Source: Thermoanaerobaculia bacterium (GTDB lineage Bacteria > Acidobacteriota > Thermoanaerobaculia > Gp7-AA8). From it: a stretch of 64,000 nt of DNA. The position numbers and the translations under genes were made by a program. Within the stretch, counting starts at the first letter, position 1. Each line of letters starts with the position of its first letter. Positions 19,863 to 29,201 of the stretch are shown in pieces. The stretch spans positions 58,936 through 122,935 of the forward strand of contig JAXDGW010000010.1 in assembly GCA_034664845.1 (NCBI GenBank). The letters run 5' to 3'. A model generated the notes under the pieces. That model had not been told where the DNA came from and did not search any database. It saw only the letters and a program-made list of their open reading frames with translations.

Positions 19863-20960
19863 TTATAATGAGTCAGCGATTATGCGGCAGCTCTTGCGTA
19901 TCGATTCTGCGCTCGCCGACTCGTCGACCCACAGGTTCAACACGCGTGGGCAGAAAACTGCGGTATTTGGTGCACTCTTATCGCCGTCGAAGATGTCGGC
20001 GAGCGACCAGTAGTGATTCGATGCATTGAGCCCGTTGCGCCGAAGACTCGACGTTACGCGAAACGTGGCGTCCGCGGTCGGCAGGAGGAACGTATAGCGC
20101 CACACGGAACCGCTCGACCGCCAGTTATCGCTCTGCCGAACCGGAAGCCCGGCCAATGCCGCGTGATACTGCTCCGCGCGCTCCAGCCGCGCTTTCAGAT
20201 TATCGGGGAGTTTCGCCAGTGCATCCTCGATGAGCTCGGCGACTCCATTCTCCGGGAATCGGTGAAAATACAGCTCGCGATACGCAGTCATCGCCGTACG
20301 GAACACGCCCTGCAACTGCGCTTCATTCTCAGTGCGTAACAGGTCGACAACACCGTGGTAAAGATTCCGGTGACTGAGAGCCTTGAGCGAAATGCGCGGC
20401 GACGTATCAAAGGCAGGTAATGCCGCGATCTCCCGCTCGATGGCAGCCAGATGACGGTCATCGTTGAGCAGCAATGCTCCGCCACCACCGGCGGAGACGA
20501 TCTTCGTGCCTCCGAAACTGAGGACACCGAAATCACCGATTGCGCCGAGCTTGGCGCCGCCGTATTCGCCGCCCAGGCTCTGCGCCGCGTCTTCGATCAC
20601 ATACAAACCATTCTGCCGCGCGATCTCCATGACGCGATTCATGTCGGCGGCATGACCGAACAGATGCACGGGCATGATGGCGCGGGCCGCCGGCGTCACC
20701 GCTCGTTCCAGTGCGCCGATATCCAACGTGTAGTCGTCGAGATTGATATCGACGAACCGCGGCGTGAAGCCCGCGTATTCGATCATCTGGGCGATCGACG
20801 CGCACCCGATCGCGGGCACCAACACCTCGCCAAGTCCCGCCTGCATCTCCACAGCCTTCAATGCCAGGTAAATTGCCGTCGTGCCGTGGCCTGTGAGAAT
20901 GACATGGCGGCAGCCGAATTGCCGGGCGATAACCTGTTGCAGACGCCGGAGGTCAGACAT
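19863..20960 (-). CDS. DegT/DnrJ/EryC1/StrS-family aminotransferase (short variant)
   Basis: ILTGHGTTAIYLAL, YVIEDAAQSLGG and SFGGTKIVSAGGGGALL. Confidence 0.7.
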   Translation of the reverse strand: MSDLRRLQQVIARQFGCRHVILTGHGTTAIYLALKAVEMQAGLGEVLVPAIGCASIAQMIEYAGFTPRFVDINLDDYTLDIGALERAVTPAARAIMPVHLFGHAADMNRVMEIARQNGLYVIEDAAQSLGGEYGGAKLGAIGDFGVLSFGGTKIVSAGGGGALLLNDDRHLAAIEREIAALPAFDTSPRISLKALSHRNLYHGVVDLLRTENEAQLQGVFRTAMTAYRELYFHRFPENGVAELIEDALAKLPDNLKARLERAEQYHAALAGLPVRQSDNWRSSGSVWRYTFLLPTADATFRVTSSLRRNGLNASNHYWSLADIFDGDKSAPNTAVFCPRVLNLWVDESASAESIRKSCRIIADSL

Positions 20961-21876
20961 AGGTCAGCTCCGCGGCCGCGCAGCGAGCGACCTGCTCGAG
21001 CGTGGCGATAGCGACGTCGCCGTATTCGCCGGCAGCGGCAACGAGATATTCGACATTGCTGGCCACCGTTTGCAGATCATGCGCATAAAGAGGGTGCCCA
21101 ACCGGTCCGCGCGTTTCCTCGGGGTGAAGAATTGTGACCACGACGTGATCGCCCTCTCCAAGCGATTCGAGATGACGCTTGAATGCTGCCCGCAGAATGT
21201 CGCTTCGGTAGGCGAGATTGAGATAACGCGTCAGCGGACGCGGGTCATTGGGACCTTCCACCGGCGCCGACGTCATCGGCACTTCGACAATCGGGAGAGC
21301 TGGAGAACCAGTAACCCGATAATCGGCCGCCGACGGCCGGTACGGCTGATTGGGCGTGACCGACCAGTCGAAGCGGCGTGACGAATCGTCGCGGCGGCGT
21401 CCGGGGATTGCGGTTGAATCGACGGTAATACCGAGCTCGCTCAGTGTCCTCATCGACTGATTGCCATGAAATGCCTCGCCGATTCGCGACGCAGTGAAGT
21501 GATAACCGCTCGCGGTCAGAGACGCATGGATCTCACGCAACGCATCGGCGCACCGGCGGTCGTCAGTCTCCGCCACGAAGGTTCCCTGCTCGTCGCGCCT
21601 GACTACATGCGGATGCCATCCAATGAAGTGGCCGGCCTGGCGCAGATTGCTCCAGATCGCATTGTGCTCCCGCAGGAGCCATGCCGCGTCGCCATAGACA
21701 TCGCTCAGCTGGTTATCAGCCCGAACGAACCATGTGGCCGTTATCCCGTGGCGGCCAAAAACCCCGGCGATGCGCGGAACTTCGGCCACGCTGTCCCAGA
21801 TGAGCGTATTTCGCTCGTCGGCGGCAGTCATGCCGTCATTGTCAATATCGACTGTAAAAACAAAGGAGATTGTCAA
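20953..21876 (-). CDS. Polysaccharide deacetylase (CE4/NodB-like) family protein
   Basis: FTVDIDNDG...HGITATWFV...GWHPHV. The TTG start overlaps the upstream TGA (TTGA). Confidence 0.5.
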   Translation of the reverse strand: MTISFVFTVDIDNDGMTAADERNTLIWDSVAEVPRIAGVFGRHGITATWFVRADNQLSDVYGDAAWLLREHNAIWSNLRQAGHFIGWHPHVVRRDEQGTFVAETDDRRCADALREIHASLTASGYHFTASRIGEAFHGNQSMRTLSELGITVDSTAIPGRRRDDSSRRFDWSVTPNQPYRPSAADYRVTGSPALPIVEVPMTSAPVEGPNDPRPLTRYLNLAYRSDILRAAFKRHLESLGEGDHVVVTILHPEETRGPVGHPLYAHDLQTVASNVEYLVAAAGEYGDVAIATLEQVARCAAAELTYV

Positions 21877-22499
21877 GAGAGGAACGCCGGAGTCTTATAG
21901 ACCAGGAGTGTGAAATGGAAAGGGAGATAGTCGTGCCGCAACTGTACGAACGGAGTAAGTGTTTTCCCGTGCGCGAACATCTCCTCGGGACTGAAGTAGT
22001 TCAGACGCGGCTCTTCGTAATTGACATATTTGCTCAGCATGTCGACGGAGACGCAAATCCGCGCTGAGTCGAACGCCGCAGATACCGCCGCTTTGACGAT
22101 GTCGTCGTTCGAGCCTTCGCTGTACCGATTGTTGAACACCTGGCACATGACGATGTAGTCGGCCTCGTGGCCGATGCCGTCACGCGAAACGTCGCGTAGC
22201 TCAAAACGGGCTTGCGGAAACCGCTCTCGGTTTGACTCGATGAACGCGGGAACGAGATCGTAGCCGATGTAGTCGACCTCGCATCCCTGAGCTCTCAGGA
22301 ATTCGTAATAGTGACCAAGACCGCATCCGATATCGAGAACCGTCTTCCCATTCATCGGGCCTGCTGCCGCATGCACAGCGTGCTGAAGACGGTAATGCTC
22401 CTCCCGTCCCGGATTCAGGGAGCGTAAGTCGACACCGAATTCTTCAAAGCGGCGCGTATAACGGCCGACGATCTCTTGTTTGTCCGCGTCGGAAATCAT
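21873..22499 (-). CDS. Class I SAM-dependent methyltransferase
   Basis: KTVLDIGCGLGHYYEFL (motif I) ... DYIVMCQVF. 208 aa. Confidence 0.7.
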   Translation of the reverse strand: MISDADKQEIVGRYTRRFEEFGVDLRSLNPGREEHYRLQHAVHAAAGPMNGKTVLDIGCGLGHYYEFLRAQGCEVDYIGYDLVPAFIESNRERFPQARFELRDVSRDGIGHEADYIVMCQVFNNRYSEGSNDDIVKAAVSAAFDSARICVSVDMLSKYVNYEEPRLNYFSPEEMFAHGKTLTPFVQLRHDYLPFHFTLLVYKTPAFLS

Positions 22500-23698
22500 G
22501 CCACCTCCGCCGGGCGAACGACGTCATACTGGATTCGCGCGTGCGCCTCGCGCGAGATTTGCAGCAATTCCTGATGATCGCGGCCCGTGGCCAGGAGAAA
22601 ACCGGGCCGTTGGCCGCCATTTTGAGCGGCGGAAATCACGTCGCCTGGTTGCACGAAGAAACCGGCATCGACCACACCCGCCAGATCCTTCACTTCGGCG
22701 ATTCCGTCGAGGCGAAGCACAGTTCCTTCGGGCAGCATAAGAAATTCGAGCAGTCCCGCCAATGAGCGTGTGGGCGTGAGATCGACCGCGTCGCCAAGAG
22801 ACTGCCTGATCCGCTGCCCTACCGCGTCAATGCCGGTCATCGCGGGTATGAGCAACGTCGCCACACCGGCGCCGCAACCACGCGCGGCAATCTCGATGAG
22901 CCGCGGCCCGGCCGGCGTAACGATGTACTCAGCATGCGTCATCCCCATTTCGATGCCTACCGCCCGAATGACACGTTCGTTCAAGCGGACCAGTGCGCCG
23001 ATCACTTTGGGATCGAAAGACGCCGGATACAGGAGCCGGATATCGAAGCTGTAGGGAGGCGCGCACTTTACCTTCTCACAGATTCCAAACACCGTCACCG
23101 CACCATTGGAGACGAATGCCTCGATCGACGACTCCGTGCCCGTCATCATCTCTTCCACGAGTACCGAATGATCGGAACTGAACACGCTTGCGGTCTCGAA
23201 CCACGCCACGACATCGTCAGGTGAATGCAGTTTCGCCACACCCCGGCTTGCCTGCGCATCCAGTGGCTTTACGACGACCGGAAATCCGATCTCAGCCGCG
23301 CCGGCTGCCGCTTCTTCCGCCGATCTCGCTCTGATGTATCGCGGCATTGGCAGCCCCGCCTCGCGGCAGCGCTCCCGCATGATGAATTTGTTCGTCGCAG
23401 CGACGGCCGTATGGAGACCGATGCCGGGAAGCCCGAGGTTTTGGGCGATGTGCGCGGCGGTAACTACGGCCACATCCGTTTGCTCCGCGATGACGCCATC
23501 CACACGGTGCTTTCTGGCGATTGTGAGCATGGCATCGCGATCGCGCGTGTCGGCCACTTCGATTTCATCGGCAATCCCCAGAGCGGGAGCATCGGCATTC
23601 TGATCCGTTGCAATGACGTGGAGACCCATCGCCTGCGCAGTACGGATTACAGGGACCTGCCACACACCTGCAGTAAGAACGAGTAGGCGTCGCTTCAT
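22496..23698 (-). CDS. ATP-grasp domain carboxylate-amine ligase
   Basis: PVVVKPLDAQASRGV (ATP-grasp B-loop region) ... EEMMTGTESSIEAF. 400 aa. It is the first gene after a small hairpin downstream of the protease gene. Confidence 0.65.
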   Translation of the reverse strand: MKRRLLVLTAGVWQVPVIRTAQAMGLHVIATDQNADAPALGIADEIEVADTRDRDAMLTIARKHRVDGVIAEQTDVAVVTAAHIAQNLGLPGIGLHTAVAATNKFIMRERCREAGLPMPRYIRARSAEEAAAGAAEIGFPVVVKPLDAQASRGVAKLHSPDDVVAWFETASVFSSDHSVLVEEMMTGTESSIEAFVSNGAVTVFGICEKVKCAPPYSFDIRLLYPASFDPKVIGALVRLNERVIRAVGIEMGMTHAEYIVTPAGPRLIEIAARGCGAGVATLLIPAMTGIDAVGQRIRQSLGDAVDLTPTRSLAGLLEFLMLPEGTVLRLDGIAEVKDLAGVVDAGFFVQPGDVISAAQNGGQRPGFLLATGRDHQELLQISREAHARIQYDVVRPAEVA

Positions 23699-23740
23699 TC
23701 GATTGAGAGCCCGGAGGCCGGAGAGAGTCTCTCCGCCGGC

Positions 23741-26245
23741 TTAACGGCCGCGCGGGATGACCGGGTTAAACGTTGGCGTCGTGGTGGTGAGATTGGCCGT
23801 GGTGACGACGCTGAAGCCGTTCATGAGCCAGACCACGTTCGCACCGGTCGCTGGGTTGTGCCAGAGAATGTCGCCAGTGCCATTGCCGTTGAAATCGCCC
23901 GCCCCGCCGAAACGGAACGCGCTGTTCATGGTCTGGATGAACGAGCCCGCGGCAGCTGTAGCACCGTTCATCAGCCACATGACACTCTGCCCGGTGGCAT
24001 CGTTGTGCCATAACAGATCTGCCTGACCATCGTTGTTGAAGTCGACCGCCGCGGCGAGGTTGTACGCGGGATCGACCGAGTTGATCTGTCCTCCGCCGTT
24101 GAGCGAAAAACCATTCATGAGCCACATGTAGTTCGCGCCGGTGGCTGGGTCGCGCCAGAGAAGGTCGCCTTTGCCATCTCCATTAAAATCGGCGGCACCG
24201 GCAAGACGTACATTCGCAGTCGTCGTTTGTATGAAACTACCTGCCGCAACCGTGACGCCGTTCATCAGCCACATCACGTTCTGGCCGGTGGCATCGTTGT
24301 GCCACAAGATGTCCGCTTTGCCGTCGCCGTTGAAGTCGATCGCTGCGGCGAGATTGTAGGCGGCGTCGAACGTCTGGATTTGACCACCGCCGATGACGTT
24401 GAATCCGTTCATCAGCCACATGTAGTTGACGCCGGTCGCCGGATCGCGCCACAGAAGGTCGGTCCGGCCATCGCCATTGAAATCGGCAGCCGCGCCGAGC
24501 CGGACGTTCGTCGTCGCGTTGGAGATGAACGCGCCTGACTTCGTTGTGGTTCCGTTCATCAGCCACACCACGTTCTGACCGGTGGCGTCGTTGCGCCACA
24601 TGATGTCGTCGATGCCGTCGCCATCGAGATCCCAACGCGCCCGCCGCACCGGGTTCACGGTTACCGTACCAGTTGGACTATCGGCAAACCCGCAACTATT
24701 CGTTACACGCACCCAGTAGCTTGTCGTGCTGGAGGGCGACACTGTGACAGACGCAGCGGTTTGGCCCTGCATCGGAGAAGACGTATTGCCGCTCGTTCCC
24801 ACATACCACTGATACGACAATGGCGCGGTACCGCTTGCGGTGACGCTGAGCGTGGCCGAACCTCCCGCGGTAATCGTTTGTGATGCCGGTCCGGATTGGA
24901 TCGACGGCGGAGTACACGTTGAACAACTACCGCCGGGATAAACGGCGGCGGCGGCGTGCTGGTCCCACGCCTGCAGCGCTGCGTTGAGACCGTGCGTAAC
25001 ACTTGCTGTCATGACCGCGGAGGAAGAACACTCCAGCGATGGATCGCTCGAGCACGGCACGTTCGGATTGTCCGCGCGGGTCTGGTCGGAGTGGCGGAAC
25101 CCGAGTGTATGGCCGAGCTCATGGGCGATCGCGGTCGGCCAATCGCCACTGTTCAGGAGCAGAGAACAATTCGCGATCCCGCGGTTCATCTCCACGTCGC
25201 CTTCGGAGGTGCTGAAGAACGTCTCGGTGCCGAGCGAGTTTGTGCCGATCGTCTCCGTGACGCCACCGACGCCGAGAGTGCCCGCATATGAGTTGCTCGA
25301 GCAGGTAAACGGCGGAGCACCATAGGCGGATAAATCGCGCTCGAACAACACGGTATTTGCACTGTCAGGACCAGCGAGTCCGGTTGTGTGTGTCGTGTCG
25401 GTGCCCCCATAGGCATAGTTGATTTGGGACGGACAATCATTGGTCCAGGTGGCGAGCCCGGTCTGTACAGCGGGAAAACCATTGCCCGGCGCGCCCGGCT
25501 CACCATTGGCGTTCGCGTAGAACACTACCGGACTCGGGAAAACGGCCCAGCGAGCGCCACGCCCGCTTCCGACTGTGTACGAGGTGGCGGAAAACGTGGC
25601 CAGCGTGATGAGGGCCGGCGGCGAGCTCATCGTGCCCATCGCCCGTCGCTGACCACTTGACTCACTCATCGCGAGCGGCTGGCTGTCAATCACGTAATCC
25701 TGGCGCGCCGGTCCTCCGTGAGCTTCCGCACGCACAAAGTTCAGGAACTCGGTGGCCGCCCGGCGCAGCTCACGGTGCGACGCGCCACTGGGATCCCATC
25801 CGACGATGTCGGCCTCATCCCGAACGGCGATCGCCCGCCCGCGCACATCTTCTGTGAGGCGGAACTTGCCGAGCACGAGGTCAGTAACGGCCCACGATCG
25901 CTGTGGTGTCATTGTAAGAAAAAGAAGCACGCGGTCACCAACAGCGAAGGAAGGAGCGCCGGGGACGAATGTGGCGCGTCCATCGTAGACGCCACCGGGC
26001 TCATGCACTTCGAAAACAGCGCCCGGATCTCCTTTGATGGTTTCCTCGGATGCCATGACGGTCACCGTTTCGATTCCGCCATGCGTGTTGAGCTGAACGT
26101 ATGAGCTTGTTGCGTTCGCTACTACGATCGCGTCGGCGCGCCTGACCATGTCACGATCGGGAGGCACGATGAACGTCGCGGCGTGGACGATGGTGGCAAC
26201 AAACAGGAGAGAGGGGGCGGCGAGAGCTAGAGTTCTGGGCTTCAT
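23741..26245 (-). CDS. Secreted metzincin-type zinc metalloprotease with Ig-like domain and about 8 C-terminal FG-GAP/beta-propeller repeats
   Basis: Signal peptide MKPRTLALAAPSLLFVATIVHAATF. HELGHTLGFRHSD matches HExxHxxGxxH, followed by a Met-turn candidate (AVMTA). C-terminal repeats DFNGDGKADILWHNDATGQNVMWLMNG, about 46 aa each, give nucleotide-level tandem repeats at 23760-24660. Confidence 0.6.
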   Translation of the reverse strand: MKPRTLALAAPSLLFVATIVHAATFIVPPDRDMVRRADAIVVANATSSYVQLNTHGGIETVTVMASEETIKGDPGAVFEVHEPGGVYDGRATFVPGAPSFAVGDRVLLFLTMTPQRSWAVTDLVLGKFRLTEDVRGRAIAVRDEADIVGWDPSGASHRELRRAATEFLNFVRAEAHGGPARQDYVIDSQPLAMSESSGQRRAMGTMSSPPALITLATFSATSYTVGSGRGARWAVFPSPVVFYANANGEPGAPGNGFPAVQTGLATWTNDCPSQINYAYGGTDTTHTTGLAGPDSANTVLFERDLSAYGAPPFTCSSNSYAGTLGVGGVTETIGTNSLGTETFFSTSEGDVEMNRGIANCSLLLNSGDWPTAIAHELGHTLGFRHSDQTRADNPNVPCSSDPSLECSSSAVMTASVTHGLNAALQAWDQHAAAAVYPGGSCSTCTPPSIQSGPASQTITAGGSATLSVTASGTAPLSYQWYVGTSGNTSSPMQGQTAASVTVSPSSTTSYWVRVTNSCGFADSPTGTVTVNPVRRARWDLDGDGIDDIMWRNDATGQNVVWLMNGTTTKSGAFISNATTNVRLGAAADFNGDGRTDLLWRDPATGVNYMWLMNGFNVIGGGQIQTFDAAYNLAAAIDFNGDGKADILWHNDATGQNVMWLMNGVTVAAGSFIQTTTANVRLAGAADFNGDGKGDLLWRDPATGANYMWLMNGFSLNGGGQINSVDPAYNLAAAVDFNNDGQADLLWHNDATGQSVMWLMNGATAAAGSFIQTMNSAFRFGGAGDFNGNGTGDILWHNPATGANVVWLMNGFSVVTTANLTTTTPTFNPVIPRGR

Positions 26246-26382
26246 GGCGGGTCCGGAGAGTGATCGCCGGAGTACCAATGCGAAAGATCTGCCTGTCAAC
26301 CGCCTCGCTCTTCAGTATAGCGGCCTCGGCCACAGCGAAGGCTGATGGGCCCGCCCAGTTCCGCTCGTTACACCTCGTACCG

Positions 26383-26967
26383 TCACTCATTGAGCTGATA
26401 ATCGGGATACGCGCCGTCACGCCGCGAAAGGATCGGATCAGTCAGAGGCCACTGAATTCCGAACGCCGGATCGTCCCACCGAATCCCTCGGCTTGCCTCT
26501 GCTACAAAACGCGCTGACATTTCGTAATAAACGTCGGATTCGTCGGCCAAGGTCTGGAACCCGTGAGCAAAATCCTTGGGAGCGTATACCGCGCGCCGGT
26601 TTTCAGCCGTGAGCTCGACGGCGGCCCAATGGCGATACGTCGAGGAATCGCGGCGCAAATCGACGATGACGTCGAGTATCGCACCGCGGACACAGCGAAC
26701 GATCTTCGCTTCCTGATGCGGCGCCGCCTGATAGTGCATCCCTCGCAGTGTCCCCTTTTTCCTGTTGTGCGAGATGTTGCACTGTGCAATGCAAGGCTCG
26801 AGGCCGAGCTCGAGAAACTCCTCCGCACAGAAGGTGCGGGCGAAGAATCCACGATCGTCTGCAATGGGCTCGATATCAATCACGTACGCACCGGCCAGTG
26901 GGAGAGCGGCGAACCTCAATGCAGAACCTCGACCTCTGGAATGAGAACGGCGAACCGCCCTCCCCAC
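26383..26967 (-). CDS. rfbC: NDP-4-keto-6-deoxyhexose 3,5-epimerase (RmlC/RfbC cupin family)
   Basis: AYVIDIEPIADDRGFFARTF...RGMHYQ...KIVRCVRGAILDVIVDLR (RmlC His/Tyr catalytic region). A possible TTG start at 26919 forms a TTGA overlap. Confidence 0.75.
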   Translation of the reverse strand: MGRAVRRSHSRGRGSALRFAALPLAGAYVIDIEPIADDRGFFARTFCAEEFLELGLEPCIAQCNISHNRKKGTLRGMHYQAAPHQEAKIVRCVRGAILDVIVDLRRDSSTYRHWAAVELTAENRRAVYAPKDFAHGFQTLADESDVYYEMSARFVAEASRGIRWDDPAFGIQWPLTDPILSRRDGAYPDYQLNE

Positions 26968-28142
26968 TCACGGATGTGGGCCATCTGTCTCACGATCTCG
27001 TCGCGAAGATTCCACGGAAGTATCAAAACGTAATCCGGGCGCGTCTCGGTGATCCTCTCCGGATCATGGATGGGAATGTGCGTCCCGGGGAGAAAAAGAC
27101 CTTGTTTGTGAGGGCTGCGGTCGACTGTGTATTCGACAAGATCGGCGCGAATGCCACAGTAGTTGAGGAGCGTATTGCCCTTGGCTGGTGCACCATAGCC
27201 AACCACATGCTTTCCCTCTTCCCGGGCGCCGATAAGGAACTTGAGGATGGTGCGTTTCAGTTGGCTGACCCGATCGCCGAAAGTCGTGTACGTCGCAAGC
27301 CGGTCGAGCCCAAACTCGCGCTCCCGACGCTCCAAATCGGCCACGGCCGGGGAGGCGGGAGCCTCTCCCTTGTGCATTGCATAGATACGAAGTGAGCCGC
27401 CATGCGTCGGCAACTCGTCGACGTCGACGATCTCAAGGCCGTGCGCGCTGAAGATCTGCCGCGCCGTGAGCAGCGAAAGATAAGAGAAATGCTCGTGATA
27501 GATCGTATCGAACTGGTTTCCGATCATCAGTCGCATGAGATGCGGAAACTCCATTGTGACCGTGCCGCCGGGCTTCAGCGCGGTCTGTAATCCCTGAACG
27601 AAGTCGTTGATGTCCGGCACGTGTGCCAAGACGTTGTTGCCGAGGAGGAGATCGGCCTTGCGGCCTTCCGCGGCCAGTTCGGAGGCCGTGTTCTGGCCAA
27701 AGAACCGAACCAGTGTGTCGATTCCCTTCTCGCGCGCCACATCGGCGACATTTGCCGCCGGCTCGATACCAAGGACAGGAATCTGCGCCTGCCGAAAGTA
27801 TTGCAGGAGGTAGCCGTCGTTGCTGGCGATCTCAATCACCTGAGACTCCCGACTAAGACCGAGGCGGACAATCATTGCTTCGCAATACCTTCTCGCGTGA
27901 TCCAGCCAGCTCTCGGAGTATGACGAGAAGTAGGCGTAATCGCTGAAGATGTTCTCCGGAGTCTGCACGGCGGGCAGCTGAACGAGAAAACAGCGTTCGC
28001 ACACATAGACGGTCAGCGGATAGAAAGGCTCCATCCGATCGAGCTGGTTGGCGCGCACATACGCATTCGACAAGGGCGACATCCCCAGGTCGGCAAAAAT
28101 ATGGACGAGCGGCTCATCGCAGAACCGGCAGGACAACGACAT
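26916..28142 (-). CDS. NDP-hexose C-methyltransferase (TylCIII/TcaB9-like: N-terminal Zn-ribbon + class I MTase + C-methyltransferase C-terminal domain)
   Basis: MSLSCRFCDEPLVHIFADLGMSPLSNAYV (Cys-rich zinc-binding N-domain), VIEIASNDGYLL (motif I) and a C-terminal domain. The start at 28140-28142 overlaps rfbG's TAA (TAATG). Confidence 0.65.
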   Translation of the reverse strand: MSLSCRFCDEPLVHIFADLGMSPLSNAYVRANQLDRMEPFYPLTVYVCERCFLVQLPAVQTPENIFSDYAYFSSYSESWLDHARRYCEAMIVRLGLSRESQVIEIASNDGYLLQYFRQAQIPVLGIEPAANVADVAREKGIDTLVRFFGQNTASELAAEGRKADLLLGNNVLAHVPDINDFVQGLQTALKPGGTVTMEFPHLMRLMIGNQFDTIYHEHFSYLSLLTARQIFSAHGLEIVDVDELPTHGGSLRIYAMHKGEAPASPAVADLERREREFGLDRLATYTTFGDRVSQLKRTILKFLIGAREEGKHVVGYGAPAKGNTLLNYCGIRADLVEYTVDRSPHKQGLFLPGTHIPIHDPERITETRPDYVLILPWNLRDEIVRQMAHIREWGGRFAVLIPEVEVLH

Positions 28143-29197
28143 TACTGACTGCCCTCGAAGCGTTCGATCTGCTGGTCCATTAGAGCGGCGGCGGAGCTGC
28201 CACCCAACAATCCCCCATAAAACTCGACGAGCCAATCGACTGCGGTTTCGAGCGGAACGCGCGGCCGCCAGCCGAGGAGTGCCCGCGAACGGGTGCTGTC
28301 GAGTTTGAGCGTAACGGCTTCCGGCACGTGAGCTTCTGAATCGCGCGTCCAGGCCGCGTCGTTGCCCCAGGCACCCAAGAGGCGATCGGCGATCCACTCG
28401 ACGGAATGCGCATCGCCCTCGTTCGGCCCGAAGTTCCAGGCGCCCGCCTCCGCGGTGCCGCTCCAGAGCGCTTCGGCGAGAACGAGGTACCCGTTGAGGG
28501 CATCGAGCACGAATTGCCATGGCCGGATCGCGGCAGGATTGCGGATCTGGGCCGGCGAGCCTGACGAGAAGGCGCGAATCAGATCGGGCACCAGACGGTC
28601 CTGCGCCCAATCACCGCCGCCGACAATGTTGCCGGCGCGGGCAGTCGCCACGCGGGGCGCGTTCCCGCTCTGAAAGAACGAGCTCCGATACGCTGCCGTG
28701 ACGAGTTCTGCACACGCCTTGCTGTTGGAGTAGGGGTCCTTGCCACCCATCGGCTCGTTTTCGCGGTACGGCCAGAGCCATTCGCGATTCTCGTAGCACT
28801 TGTCGCTGGTGACGACGACGACCACACGCACCGCGGGGCAGCGGCGAACTGCGTCGAGCAGGTGAACGGTGCCCATGACGTTGGTCGAGTACGTTCCAAC
28901 AGGATCGTCGTAGGACGCGCGGACGATCGGCTGCGCGGCGAGGTGCAGGACAACCTCGGGGTTCGCTGCCGTCATCGCCCGCTCGACAGCGGCGAGATCG
29001 CGGATGTCTGCGATGACTGATTCGATCCCGGCGCCGATCGTTGCTTCTTCGTAGAGGTTTGGCTTCGTCGGGGGATTGAGAGCGAAGCCGGTCACTGTCG
29101 CACCCGCCCGCTTGAGCCAATGTGTAAGCCACGCGCCTTTGAATCCGGTATGCCCGGTGAGGAACACGCGCCGGCCGCGCCAGAGGTCGGGCGTCAT
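28142..29197 (-). CDS. rfbG: CDP-glucose 4,6-dehydratase
   Basis: RVFLTGHTGFKGAWLTHWL...TSDKCYEN. Length and motifs match RfbG. It begins at MTPDLW within the longer ORF 28142..29431. Confidence 0.8.
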   Translation of the reverse strand: MTPDLWRGRRVFLTGHTGFKGAWLTHWLKRAGATVTGFALNPPTKPNLYEEATIGAGIESVIADIRDLAAVERAMTAANPEVVLHLAAQPIVRASYDDPVGTYSTNVMGTVHLLDAVRRCPAVRVVVVVTSDKCYENREWLWPYRENEPMGGKDPYSNSKACAELVTAAYRSSFFQSGNAPRVATARAGNIVGGGDWAQDRLVPDLIRAFSSGSPAQIRNPAAIRPWQFVLDALNGYLVLAEALWSGTAEAGAWNFGPNEGDAHSVEWIADRLLGAWGNDAAWTRDSEAHVPEAVTLKLDSTRSRALLGWRPRVPLETAVDWLVEFYGGLLGGSSAAALMDQQIERFEGSQ

Positions 29198-29201
29198 GAC
29201 G

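Noticed and set aside
23699-23740. GC-rich hairpin (gccggcggagagactctctccggcc on the transcript) between the protease and ATP-grasp genes as an intrinsic terminator
   Set aside because: There is no U-tract after the stem, so it is not a canonical rho-independent terminator. It is mentioned only as a possible pause/antitermination target in the operon finding.
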